NCBI GenBank assembly: GCA_964543485.1
Contig: CAZIYI010000002.1
Coordinates: 4,192 to 68,191, forward strand
Direction: 5' to 3'
DNA from: an uncultured Candidatus Saccharibacteria bacterium
GTDB taxonomy: Bacteria > Patescibacteriota > Dojkabacteria > SC72
DNA: 64,000 nt
Shown here: positions 19,328 through 27,914 of the stretch, in pieces
Layout: every line of letters starts with the position of its first letter
How positions within the stretch are numbered: the first letter of the stretch is position 1
The notes under the pieces: generated by a model
The model's input: only the letters and a program-made list of their open reading frames with translations
What the model was told of the DNA's origin: nothing
The model's database searches: none
Made by a program: the position numbers and the translations under genes

Positions 19328-19563
19328 GTATCTAAGTAAGATATAACTGGAATATCCTCACCACTATAAATGGGTTCATACTCTGATATTAAAGTTTTGT
19401 TCTCAATCCTTTTTAATATCTTTTCAATATCTTTATCACTTTTTGATATTTTTTTGTTTAATACCCTAAATTCGTTCTGTATTAATATTTTTAATACAGC
19501 TACCTCATTATTACTGTTTTTAATCATATTTAAATATTTAATAATTTATATATTCTATTCTCA

Positions 19564-19620
19564 CATACCTAAAAATATATTTCCTGACCTAATACCTAAT
19601 ATTTAGTACTTGTATATATA
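19564..19620 (+). promoter_or_regulatory. copy 1 of a repeated about 55-bp intergenic motif (ATATATTTCCTGACCTAATACCTAATAT...CTTGTA), upstream of the sortase gene
   Basis: Near-identical sequence recurs at 20867..20925 upstream of the VanY-like gene. Confidence 0.4.
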
Positions 19621-19680
19621 TCACTACGGTAATACCAGTTATTAACCTATACCTAGATACTTTTTCTTAATCATGTATAT

Positions 19681-20343
19681 GTGCTAATCTATAGATATAT
19701 GAATAAAAAAGAGAAAATAACCAAACTGTTAAATGTGTACCAAGCATTCGGTTTCCTTCTCATCTTCATTACTCTAGTACTTGTTGCTATACCAATCTAC
19801 CCATACATCTGGTATAGAATTAATCCTGATGCTGTTGGAGATGATGAAGAGAAAATAGTTAAGGTTATCAATGAAGAAGAAATCATTCCCCAACAAGACA
19901 ATCCAGCAGAAGAGAAACAGTCGCCACCATTTGATCCTAATCTTCCAGAAGGATATTTTGTTCTCATTTCTAGTATTGGAGTTAATTCACCAATTACTGC
20001 AACAAAAGATTACAAAAAAGCATTACTTAAAGGGACATGGATAGTATCTAATTACGGAACACCTGAATTAGATGAATTACCAATAATATTAGCAGCACAT
20101 AGGTTTGGATATACAACTTGGAGTAATGAAAAAAGAAATTTAATATCATTTTTTAACCTTCCTAAAACCGTAGTAGGGGAGAAAGTAAGTATATACTGGA
20201 ACCAAAGAGAGTACATATATGAAATATATGCACTTGAAGAGAATACATATATATCCGATTACACAGCAGATTTAATACTGTATACCTGTAAATATTACAA
20301 CTCACCACAGAGGATATTTAGATATGCAAACAGAGTTAACTAA
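19681..20343 (+). CDS. sortase-family transpeptidase (likely start at MNKKEK, 19699)
   Basis: N-terminal TM anchor, catalytic His context ILAAHRFGY, TLxTC-like active-site motif LILYTCKYY and a downstream Arg (RIFRYANR). Confidence 0.55.
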   Translation: MLIYRYMNKKEKITKLLNVYQAFGFLLIFITLVLVAIPIYPYIWYRINPDAVGDDEEKIVKVINEEEIIPQQDNPAEEKQSPPFDPNLPEGYFVLISSIGVNSPITATKDYKKALLKGTWIVSNYGTPELDELPIILAAHRFGYTTWSNEKRNLISFFNLPKTVVGEKVSIYWNQREYIYEIYALEENTYISDYTADLILYTCKYYNSPQRIFRYANRVN

Positions 20344-20798
20344 GGTTTTATCTTAGTTTTAATATCACCATAATTGTAATCAAAGATACTCATTCTTAAA
20401 TCATCAATATCCATTTCAACCTTATCCAGCCGATCCCTATTATTATTTTCTCGAATATGATATTTAGTTAGATTTCTCTCTAAAGTATCAAACCGTTTAA
20501 ACATTTTTAAAAAGGTTAACTCATGAGACGTCAATCTTCTTTCAATTTCTTCAAACTTTTTATCAACCTTGTCAAATCTTTTAAATATCTCCGTAAATAT
20601 TAATTCATGCATTTCTAATCTTTTATCTATCTCATCAAATTTCTTATCTATCCTATCAAACCTCTCATCTATCTCATCAAATTTTTTATCTATCCTATCA
20701 AATCTCTCATCTATCTCACTAAATTTTTTGTCAAAATTATCAAACCTGCCCTTAAACAAATTCTCAATATTTTTTAAATCTTCTTTTGTTAAAGACAT
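20340..20798 (-). CDS. tandem-repeat coiled-coil protein
   Basis: 152 aa made of 14-aa repeats (KKFSEIDERFDRID / KKFDEIDERFDRID / KKFDEIDKRLEMHE) encoded by 42-bp DNA tandem repeats at 20569..20770. Confidence 0.45.
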   Translation of the reverse strand: MSLTKEDLKNIENLFKGRFDNFDKKFSEIDERFDRIDKKFDEIDERFDRIDKKFDEIDKRLEMHELIFTEIFKRFDKVDKKFEEIERRLTSHELTFLKMFKRFDTLERNLTKYHIRENNNRDRLDKVEMDIDDLRMSIFDYNYGDIKTKIKP

Positions 20799-20866
20799 TT
20801 TAATATATATTAAATTTTAAATATTTACGGGAAATCAGATTAAAGGTTTCTGGTATTTACTGTATA

Positions 20867-20925
20867 CCATACTCAAATATATATTTCCTGACCTATATAC
20901 CTATATCAAAATCTTGTAAAATATA
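20867..20925 (+). promoter_or_regulatory. copy 2 of the repeated about 55-bp intergenic motif, immediately upstream of the VanY-like gene
   Basis: CCATACTCAAATATATATTTCCTGACCTATATACCTATATCAAAATCTTGTAAAATATA, about 85% identical to 19564..19620. Ends 4 bp before the ATG at 20929. Confidence 0.4.
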
Positions 20926-20928
20926 CCC

Positions 20929-21750
20929 ATGAAAAAAATACTCATATACACAATATTACTGGTACTAATATTTTTCTTTTCAACTAAAACAGTAGACGTG
21001 ATTATTGATAAAGAAACTGATGAAGAACAAGTGACAAAAAATAACCAATGGTTTGAGATATTTGTTAATGATGAAATGGAAATATCCAAACAGAAGACAG
21101 TTACCCCAAAAGAACCCACCACTTCAGAAAATCAATGGTGGAGATATCCTGAAACAATATATACAACGAAGAGAAGTGGAAATGACCTTTTAGTATTAGT
21201 AAACAAAGAGTACAAACTACCAAGTACATATGCACCGAAGGACTTAGTTAAAGCAAGTAATTCTGGTATTAGAAGGGGAGAAAGCTACTACCTTCGAAAT
21301 ATCCTTATCCCTGATTTAACAAATATGGTTAATGATGCCAAAGCACAAGGTATAGATTTAAGTATTGTATCTGGATATAGATCGTATCAAACACAGGTAG
21401 ACACATATAACAGGTGGTTAGCAAAGAATGATAATAATGTGGAGTATGTAGATACATTCTCAGCAAGACCAGGACATAGCCAGCATCAATTGGGTACAGT
21501 AATTGATTTTAGTTGTAGCGAAATAGGGGATGTACTAGGAGATTCATTTGCTAATACAAAAGCAAGTAAATGGTTAACAGAGAATGCATACAAGTATGGA
21601 TTTGTAATATCATTTCCCAAAGGATATGAAAATGTTACGGGATACAAGTTTGAGAGTTGGCATTATAGATATATTGGGGTTAATAACGCAGAAGACATGA
21701 TTGGTACAGGACAAATACTTGAATTGTATTTAAGGGGGTATAACCCATAG
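20929..21750 (+). CDS. D-alanyl-D-alanine carboxypeptidase, peptidase M15B / VanY-like (LAS metallopeptidase)
   Basis: Signal/TM N-terminus. Motifs SGYRSYQTQ, GHSQHQLGTVIDF and ESWHYRYIG match the Zn-binding His/Asp/His triad of VanY-type peptidases. Confidence 0.7.
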   Translation: MKKILIYTILLVLIFFFSTKTVDVIIDKETDEEQVTKNNQWFEIFVNDEMEISKQKTVTPKEPTTSENQWWRYPETIYTTKRSGNDLLVLVNKEYKLPSTYAPKDLVKASNSGIRRGESYYLRNILIPDLTNMVNDAKAQGIDLSIVSGYRSYQTQVDTYNRWLAKNDNNVEYVDTFSARPGHSQHQLGTVIDFSCSEIGDVLGDSFANTKASKWLTENAYKYGFVISFPKGYENVTGYKFESWHYRYIGVNNAEDMIGTGQILELYLRGYNP

Positions 21751-21761
21751 TATAGACTTCT

Positions 21762-21811
21762 AGGGCTAGCTGTAGTATAATACTACTGCATTTAAATTAA
21801 CTAGCCCTTTT
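21762..21811 (+). terminator. candidate intrinsic terminator after the VanY-like gene
   Basis: 8-bp GC-rich stem AGGGCTAG / CTAGCCCT enclosing a nested hairpin, followed by TTT. Confidence 0.35.
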
Positions 21812-21815
21812 AAAT

Positions 21816-22049
21816 ATGAGGAAGTTATATGCAGTAATTTTAACTGTAACTACATCTTTCCTTGCAAATGTTTCAGCCATCTATGCAGATGGAGGTACAT
21901 ATGGTCCTTATAACCCATATGATCATAAGCCAATACCAACTGGTTTTGAAGATACATCCATTTTCTATATTGCAGCTGTAATTACATTTACAACTGGAAT
22001 GATTATATTGTCTACAGTTAAAAACCTAAAGGCAAAGCAATCTATCTAA
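21816..22049 (+). CDS. small secreted protein with C-terminal sorting-signal-like tail
   Basis: 77 aa: signal peptide (…ANVSAIYA), a short Gly/Pro/Tyr segment, then PIPTGFEDTS + hydrophobic helix + KNLKAKQSI, resembling an (L/I)PxTG-type sortase signal. Confidence 0.4.
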   Translation: MRKLYAVILTVTTSFLANVSAIYADGGTYGPYNPYDHKPIPTGFEDTSIFYIAAVITFTTGMIILSTVKNLKAKQSI

Positions 22050-22124
22050 TTAGGTAGATTGCCCCTTTGGGGCACACTGTCTAAATGCACGTTTATTTCA
22101 ATCAATATTTAAATACATAAATCA

Positions 22125-22877
22125 ATGAAAATATCTTTGGTTATACCAACATACAAAAAACTTAAAGAAGTGTTAGACCAATTAGAGAGGTTGTATGGAT
22201 ACCTTTCAAGAGTCAACCCTGATTTTGAACTCATCTTCGTAGTAGATGGGTATGTTGATAATACTAAAGATATTCTTACCCAATATATTAAGGAGAACGG
22301 TTTAAAGAAAGCCCAAGTACTTGGGTATAGAAAAAACATGGGTAAGGGTTATGCTATTAGATACGGTATGAAGAGAGCTTCTGGAGATGTAATTGGTTTT
22401 ACCGATGCTGATACAGATATTCAGATCAGGACTTTGGGATATTCTTTAAAGGAGATTAAAAAGGATTCCGTTGTAGCAGTAATACCATCTAAATTACATA
22501 AGGATTCTAATGTAGAGATGACCTTAAAAAGAAAGATCTACTCTTACGGTTTAATATCTATTAACAAAATATTTTTAAGATTACCTAAAAATACTACAGA
22601 CGTAGGTTGTGGTCTTAAACTATTTAAAAAAGAGTTAGTAAAAAGAATATTACCAAATCTTAAGGTAAATAGGTTTGCAATAGACTCAGAGATATTAAAT
22701 GAGATAGGGAAAGTAGGGTATAGTGTATCTGTAATACCATTCTTTTTAAATAAAAACAGATCTGATTCTACATCTGCAAATATTAAAGAGGTTATTACTA
22801 TGTTAAAAGATATATTTGAAATATCTATGAAAGAGAGTAGGGTATATAACTCTAAATTACTCAAAGCGTATAGATAA
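22125..22877 (+). CDS. GT2-family polyprenol-phosphate glycosyltransferase (DPM1/GtrB-like)
   Basis: N-terminal ISLVIPTYK, FVVDGYVDNT and DADTD (DxD) motifs. 250 aa. Confidence 0.6.
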   Translation: MKISLVIPTYKKLKEVLDQLERLYGYLSRVNPDFELIFVVDGYVDNTKDILTQYIKENGLKKAQVLGYRKNMGKGYAIRYGMKRASGDVIGFTDADTDIQIRTLGYSLKEIKKDSVVAVIPSKLHKDSNVEMTLKRKIYSYGLISINKIFLRLPKNTTDVGCGLKLFKKELVKRILPNLKVNRFAIDSEILNEIGKVGYSVSVIPFFLNKNRSDSTSANIKEVITMLKDIFEISMKESRVYNSKLLKAYR

Positions 22878-22919
22878 CAAGAAGAGGAACATATACGCCC
22901 CCCTTACATTACATTAGTA

Positions 22920-23654
22920 CTATTTAAATAGTGTACCCTCTCTTTGTCTAATCTCGTGGGGATGAAGATCCATACTCTCTTTTACAGATTGAATCTGTTT
23001 TCTTATATCATCAAGCGTATTTATATCCCTTGTGTCTAACTCCTTCCCAAACCTTTCAAGAAAATCAAGGCCTATGAATATTTTCTTTTGTACTCCTTGA
23101 CTAAGTTTATCAAAAGAATAATTCTGGTTAGTATTAATTATATTAAAAACCGACTTACTATCCTTAAGATCACGTAAATCAATCACTCCTCTTTTTGAAA
23201 AAGCAAGTCCATGAAATGCGAAATCTCTTGCTTCTAACAAATATTGACCAATATTATCATAACCAACTTTTTCTCGTGCCAAAGGAAGTCTTTCATATCT
23301 CACTGCAAAGGATTTTTCGGTTCGTCTGAATTTAGTACGATTACTCTCAAAAATGCTTATACCAGCAACATATACTATCTCACCAGTTTCCTCATCAACT
23401 ATTTCTTGTAAAGCATTTGGGAACTCTTTCTTTAACATTTCCATAACTTCACTATTGTATTTCTCTTCTTCATTAGTGAACCCGTTCTTTAATGCCCCCT
23501 CAAGTTTTAACGCACTCTCTCTACCACTATATCCTTCAACATAAGCAAGGTCACTAGCTATGTTCGGATCACTTATTCTACCTTCGTCGTAAAAGGGTTG
23601 TTGTGTTAGACTTTCTCCAGTATTATTTGCTTGGTCATTCATCATATCAATCAA
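22920..23654 (-). CDS. hypothetical cytoplasmic protein, member 1 of a local three-paralog family
   Basis: Shares with 23741..24523 and 25056..25727 the conserved core EEKYNSEVMEMLKKEFPNALQE...ETGEIVYVAGIS and a C-terminal DIRKQIQSVK-type motif. Confidence 0.5.
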   Translation of the reverse strand: MIDMMNDQANNTGESLTQQPFYDEGRISDPNIASDLAYVEGYSGRESALKLEGALKNGFTNEEEKYNSEVMEMLKKEFPNALQEIVDEETGEIVYVAGISIFESNRTKFRRTEKSFAVRYERLPLAREKVGYDNIGQYLLEARDFAFHGLAFSKRGVIDLRDLKDSKSVFNIINTNQNYSFDKLSQGVQKKIFIGLDFLERFGKELDTRDINTLDDIRKQIQSVKESMDLHPHEIRQREGTLFK

Positions 23655-23740
23655 AAAAATTATATTAGTATAAGATATAATAATAAGGAGTATATTTCAA
23701 ATATCTACGAAAGACCGTAGGTTATACAACTCTACATTAC

Positions 23741-24523
23741 TCAAAACGATAGATAGCTTTTAGGAGGAGGGAAACCTTCTTCCTCTTTTGTTATTTGTTC
23801 ACCCTTAACAGCTTTGATTCTTTCTTCAATAGAATCTATACTGTTTAAGTCTATTTCAGGTTCAGATGGCTCATTTTTTACATCAGCAGCATAAGCATCT
23901 ATTACAGAGAGTATCTTAAAAAGAATAACCTGATTCTCTTCTGATATATCTTTAAGGGAAACAGATTTTAATAGCGGGTTAAAAGCTCGATAGTCTCGAA
24001 CACTTTGGATACCATGTTTTGAGAAAAATGTTTGACTGCTAAGATCACTAAGCGCTATTATTTCCCAATGTCCTCTCTCAAAAGAATCGCGTTTCTTAAC
24101 ATCTCCATATAAGCTTTCTAATTTCTTCCACATGGCGAGTCTCTCGGGTTTAATAAAACCTTTATAATAATCGTTGTTTATAATATGAACCATGTCAACT
24201 TCTGGTAATACCCGAAGTCCAGAATAATAATACTTCTCTCCTGTTTCTGGATCTTGTCCTTCTTTGAGAGCATTGGGGAAATGTTCCTTGAGCAATTCAA
24301 CAACCTCATTGTTGTATCTCTCATCTTCTGTTAAACCTGTTTCAAACTCTTGTTTTTTAACTTCCTCATATTTTAATGCACTATCTTTTCCACTCTTTTC
24401 AATATCCGCAAGTTCATGAGCTACTCCTGGATCTTGAACTTGTCCATATTCATTGTAAAAATTCGGTTGTTGCAAACTAACTGGAGGATTACCTTCTGTT
24501 GTGTTTATCTCCTGACTATCCAT
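23741..24523 (-). CDS. hypothetical cytoplasmic protein, member 2 of the local paralog family
   Basis: ERYNNEVVELLKEHFPNALKE...ETGEKYYYSGLRV. N-terminus (SLQQPNFYNEYGQVQDPGVAHELADIE..SALK) is colinear with paralog 1. Confidence 0.5.
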   Translation of the reverse strand: MDSQEINTTEGNPPVSLQQPNFYNEYGQVQDPGVAHELADIEKSGKDSALKYEEVKKQEFETGLTEDERYNNEVVELLKEHFPNALKEGQDPETGEKYYYSGLRVLPEVDMVHIINNDYYKGFIKPERLAMWKKLESLYGDVKKRDSFERGHWEIIALSDLSSQTFFSKHGIQSVRDYRAFNPLLKSVSLKDISEENQVILFKILSVIDAYAADVKNEPSEPEIDLNSIDSIEERIKAVKGEQITKEEEGFPPPKSYLSF

Positions 24524-24654
24524 ACATATTTATTCTAATAAATTTATTATTAAACGATATAATAGAAGTTTATATTTGTCAAAAAAACAAATTCAATTGA
24601 CATCTCATAGTTAATATTTTACTATCTAAGTACTAAGTTAAATAATATGAATAT

Positions 24655-25059
24655 ATGGAAGGTGAGAATCCAGGTTTAGAACAAGCAAAAGAAGCTGTAA
24701 AAGATGCTTATGAAAAGAAATTTGAAACAGATGGACCAAATGTAGGGAGAGTAAAGGATATTCATGATGCGAAAACATTAGCAAAGGCAGAAGATGTTAT
24801 TAGATCTGTAGATTTACAAAACCCAAGAATTCAACAAAGGGCTGAAAATATTACAAATGAAGCAGTAGTTGGACATATGAGAGAAGATGCCTTAGACCTT
24901 ATTAGACAAAATTCCAAAGATAAATATCCTGATGCTAAGAAAACACACTATGAAATGGGACTCAATCCTTTGTTACACAAGATGTCTGAAAAAGAGTTAT
25001 CAAATATAGTTGATAGACAAAGAATTGAAGAGAAAAGAAGAGAGAGAAGGAGTAATTAA
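24655..25059 (+). CDS. hypothetical charged protein
   Basis: 134-aa ORF between the paralogs, highly charged with a K/R/E-rich C-terminus. No motif recognised. Confidence 0.35.
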   Translation: MEGENPGLEQAKEAVKDAYEKKFETDGPNVGRVKDIHDAKTLAKAEDVIRSVDLQNPRIQQRAENITNEAVVGHMREDALDLIRQNSKDKYPDAKKTHYEMGLNPLLHKMSEKELSNIVDRQRIEEKRRERRSN

Positions 25060-25727
25060 ATAATTCCTTTTAGTTTTCGGACTCTATCTCTAATTGATTC
25101 AGCATCACTTAATGATTCGTTATCTCCTCCAACAATATATTTTGTTTCTTCAAGATATGCTATTTCATTTAGAAATACTAATATCTTTAATAGTCTTGCT
25201 TTTCTATCTCCCTCTATATCTTTAAACGAGAAAGCTTTTTCAACATTATTAGGATTATAACTGTGTGAATCTCTCATTTTATAGCTAATCTCAATACCTT
25301 TTTTAGAAAAATACATTCCACTCTCAGTTCCATATATTAATGATTTTAGAATTGGATCATGTATATTCTCTCTGGAAATTTCACCCCATTTTTCAAATGC
25401 TTCAATCTCCTTTTCTGAGAGTCCATCAAATGGGAACATCCCTCGTGTGTAATTTAATAAATTACCGTTTTTTAATACAGTTAAACTTAATCCTGTTTTG
25501 TAATATATATCTCCATTCTCTGTATCATATGCTTCTTCAAATGCATATGGTAATTCTTGTTTTAATACATTTATTACTTCAATATCGTATCTCTCTTGTT
25601 CAGTATTCTCTATTTCGGATTCTTCTTCACTCTTTTTAATTAACTCCCATGTTCTAGATTCTGTTGCCCCGTCAGTTACGCGCTTCATTTCAAGAGATTG
25701 ACCTGTTTTTCTATCTTTCGGTTCCAT
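25056..25727 (-). CDS. hypothetical cytoplasmic protein, member 3 of the local paralog family
   Basis: QERYDIEVINVLKQELPYAFEE...ENGDIYYKTGLSL and C-terminal SIRDRVRKLKG, colinear with the other two. Confidence 0.5.
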   Translation of the reverse strand: MEPKDRKTGQSLEMKRVTDGATESRTWELIKKSEEESEIENTEQERYDIEVINVLKQELPYAFEEAYDTENGDIYYKTGLSLTVLKNGNLLNYTRGMFPFDGLSEKEIEAFEKWGEISRENIHDPILKSLIYGTESGMYFSKKGIEISYKMRDSHSYNPNNVEKAFSFKDIEGDRKARLLKILVFLNEIAYLEETKYIVGGDNESLSDAESIRDRVRKLKGII

Positions 25728-26288
25728 AGTAATTTAAAAATATTTTATATTCTCCGATTATATCAAAATAGTATGAGATATCAATATTTGTTAACTTAAT
25801 ATATCAAAGTATGTATGACCCTAAGAGTAGGGGATATTGATTCAAATATCGGCTTATAGTATAATATATGTATCTTAATAATTAATTGTTCATTAAGAAA
25901 TAAAACTGAACCCACGTCAATAGACATATTGATATTTATTCCAACCTATAGTATAATATAAGTAGTTAATTGTTAATTAAAGTCTGCTCTTTAATAAATA
26001 ATAAATTTTCATTTCAATACACATAAGTGTTCATAGAGAGATATTCTCTTTATATCTTTTATGAGTTCTTATGAACTCTAAGTTCTTTAAAAAGTTTTAA
26101 GTATATTATATAGACTTATGTCTTATATATTTAAAACAAAATAGCGTGTGATGAAAATACTAGAGTATTTTTCTTCCTTTAGCATCCAAATGGTATGCAT
26201 TATGTTTCTAATATATTATTGGAGATAGAATGCATACCAAGTGGTATAGCTGAAAAAAATAAAAGTTTTTTTCCATAAGGAGGAAAAA

Positions 26289-26840
26289 ATGTTACGAAGA
26301 ATTTTGGTAATCGTTGTGTTGGTCCTATTGGTCGCAGTGCTCGCACCTCTTGCTTGGAAATACTGGCAGTGGGGTTTCGGAGAGAGCCATGACGTTGCAA
26401 AGTGCCCTGAATGTCCGGCCTGCATTAGCAATGCAACTTCTGAAGATGAAAATCTCCAGCAAGAGTATGCTATTTGTAAGGCAGAACTTCAATCACGTGG
26501 TGCACCTGCAAACATGGTATCTGCATTTTGCGTACCCAATGGGAAGGGAAGTGTATCGAACAGATTGACCTCAGGAACGAAAGTCTCCCTTGGCACAATA
26601 ACTTTTGATGCACAATCCCACGTATGGGTGTTAAAGGACTTCGTTGTCCCCGAATTCGCGAACTACACGTTCGAATATCAAGGTGCCGAATCAAGGCTTA
26701 TTCTTGCTCCTTTCTGGACAGGGTCTGAACTTGGTTGGCAAGGCGATGAACGGGTTCCGTTTGTAGTTTGTTGGGATTTCGAAGGTGCTTGCGCACTTCC
26801 TCAAGGGATAACCGAACAGGACCTTTTTCCTACACCATAA
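26289..26840 (+). CDS. secreted/membrane-anchored Cys-containing protein encoded by a GC-rich (about 47%) gene, probably horizontally acquired
   Basis: Strong SD AAGGAGG 8 nt upstream of the ATG. N-terminal hydrophobic helix (ILVIVVLVLLVAVLAPLAW) and a CPECPAC motif. Codon usage (cgc/ccg/gcc/gtc) is unlike the flanks. Upstream 550 bp contain no ORF. Confidence 0.5.
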   Translation: MLRRILVIVVLVLLVAVLAPLAWKYWQWGFGESHDVAKCPECPACISNATSEDENLQQEYAICKAELQSRGAPANMVSAFCVPNGKGSVSNRLTSGTKVSLGTITFDAQSHVWVLKDFVVPEFANYTFEYQGAESRLILAPFWTGSELGWQGDERVPFVVCWDFEGACALPQGITEQDLFPTP

Positions 26841-27058
26841 ACCCAATTTATTGGGATACCTATCTTCGACTCTAGCTTGGTTTTGGTACCTGGGATTATC
26901 TTTTACTGTCTTTTGACATTAAAAACCCCATTTACCCCACAACCACATCACACGCTAGAGTCTTCTAGGATTAAATATTTATTATAAATGTATATCCTAC
27001 TGATGAGTCTAAAGATATTGAAAAATATTAAAGACGAAAAGACAAAAAATATTACATT

Positions 27059-27088
27059 GAGGACATCTTAGGATGTCCTCTTTTTTTT
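27059..27088 (+). terminator. rho-independent terminator (hairpin + T8)
   Basis: Perfect 9-bp stem GAGGACATC-TTAG-GATGTCCTC followed by TTTTTTTT. Lies downstream of the GC-rich gene and abuts the stop of the convergent GT2 gene. Confidence 0.6.
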
Positions 27089-27914
27089 ACTTAAACAGTT
27101 TCCTAAACAACTCAAAAGACTTCATAAGAAGAGTAGAAGGAAAAATACTAAGAATCCTTACACCTACCTTTTGAATATTCCATATAACATACTCTCTAAA
27201 TGTTGGTTTAATATTTAATTCTCTCATAGCCCATTTACGTATATCATTCGTCTTTTTAAAATGATCTAACATCTTAGATTGAGACTCTGTTTTATATGTC
27301 ATCCTATACTTAAGTACAGTATCCTCAAGATTATGATACTCCCCCTTAGTACTTAGAATTAAGAAAAATTTAACATCCTCAACCTTCCACATATTCTCAG
27401 GATACAAACCAATATCTTCTACAGTACTTTTTCTTAAAGTTACTGCTGGATGTGCAAAAGGTTGAAAAAGAAATCTGTTCTTTTTAATATCTCTATCATC
27501 AATAGCGTAATCTCTGTGATTAGTAATATTACTATTTTCATCAATGATATCTATCTGACCACCAATAGCTACACACTTAGAATTAGATTCGAGATACTCT
27601 ACCTGTTTTTCTATACGTGTAGGATACATTATGTCATCTGCATCCATTCTAGCTATATATTTCCCTTTTGATTTTCTTATACCAACATTTATTACATTAC
27701 CTAAACCATCCTGTTTCTCAATAGGTATTACCGTAATTTTATCTCCATACCCCTTTAATATCTCTAATGTTTTGTCCTCTGATTTGTCATCCACCACTAG
27801 TATCTCAATATTTTTGTATGTTTGATTTAAACAGCTATCTATACTCTCTTGAATATATTTCTCTCCATTATGTACAGGTATTACAATTGATACCAAGGGA
27901 TTACTTTTTTCCAT
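27087..27914 (-). CDS. GT2-family glycosyltransferase
   Basis: VSIVIPVHNGEKYIQESIDSCLNQTYKNIEILVVDDKSEDKT and DADD (DxD). 275 aa. Its start overlaps the end of the upstream 1203-aa gene by 14 bp. Confidence 0.7.
   Translation of the reverse strand: MEKSNPLVSIVIPVHNGEKYIQESIDSCLNQTYKNIEILVVDDKSEDKTLEILKGYGDKITVIPIEKQDGLGNVINVGIRKSKGKYIARMDADDIMYPTRIEKQVEYLESNSKCVAIGGQIDIIDENSNITNHRDYAIDDRDIKKNRFLFQPFAHPAVTLRKSTVEDIGLYPENMWKVEDVKFFLILSTKGEYHNLEDTVLKYRMTYKTESQSKMLDHFKKTNDIRKWAMRELNIKPTFREYVIWNIQKVGVRILSIFPSTLLMKSFELFRKLFK

Noticed and set aside
27000-27039. Hammerhead-ribozyme-like core CUGAUGA-GUCU...AGAC-GAAA
   Set aside because: Conserved CUGAUGA and GAAA boxes with a 4-bp helix II are present, and a 6-bp helix I (ATCCTA/TAGGAT) can be drawn. 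No acceptable helix III or cleavage triplet could be built. The adjacent strong terminator hairpin competes for the same nucleotides. Most likely chance. An Rfam cmsearch would settle it.
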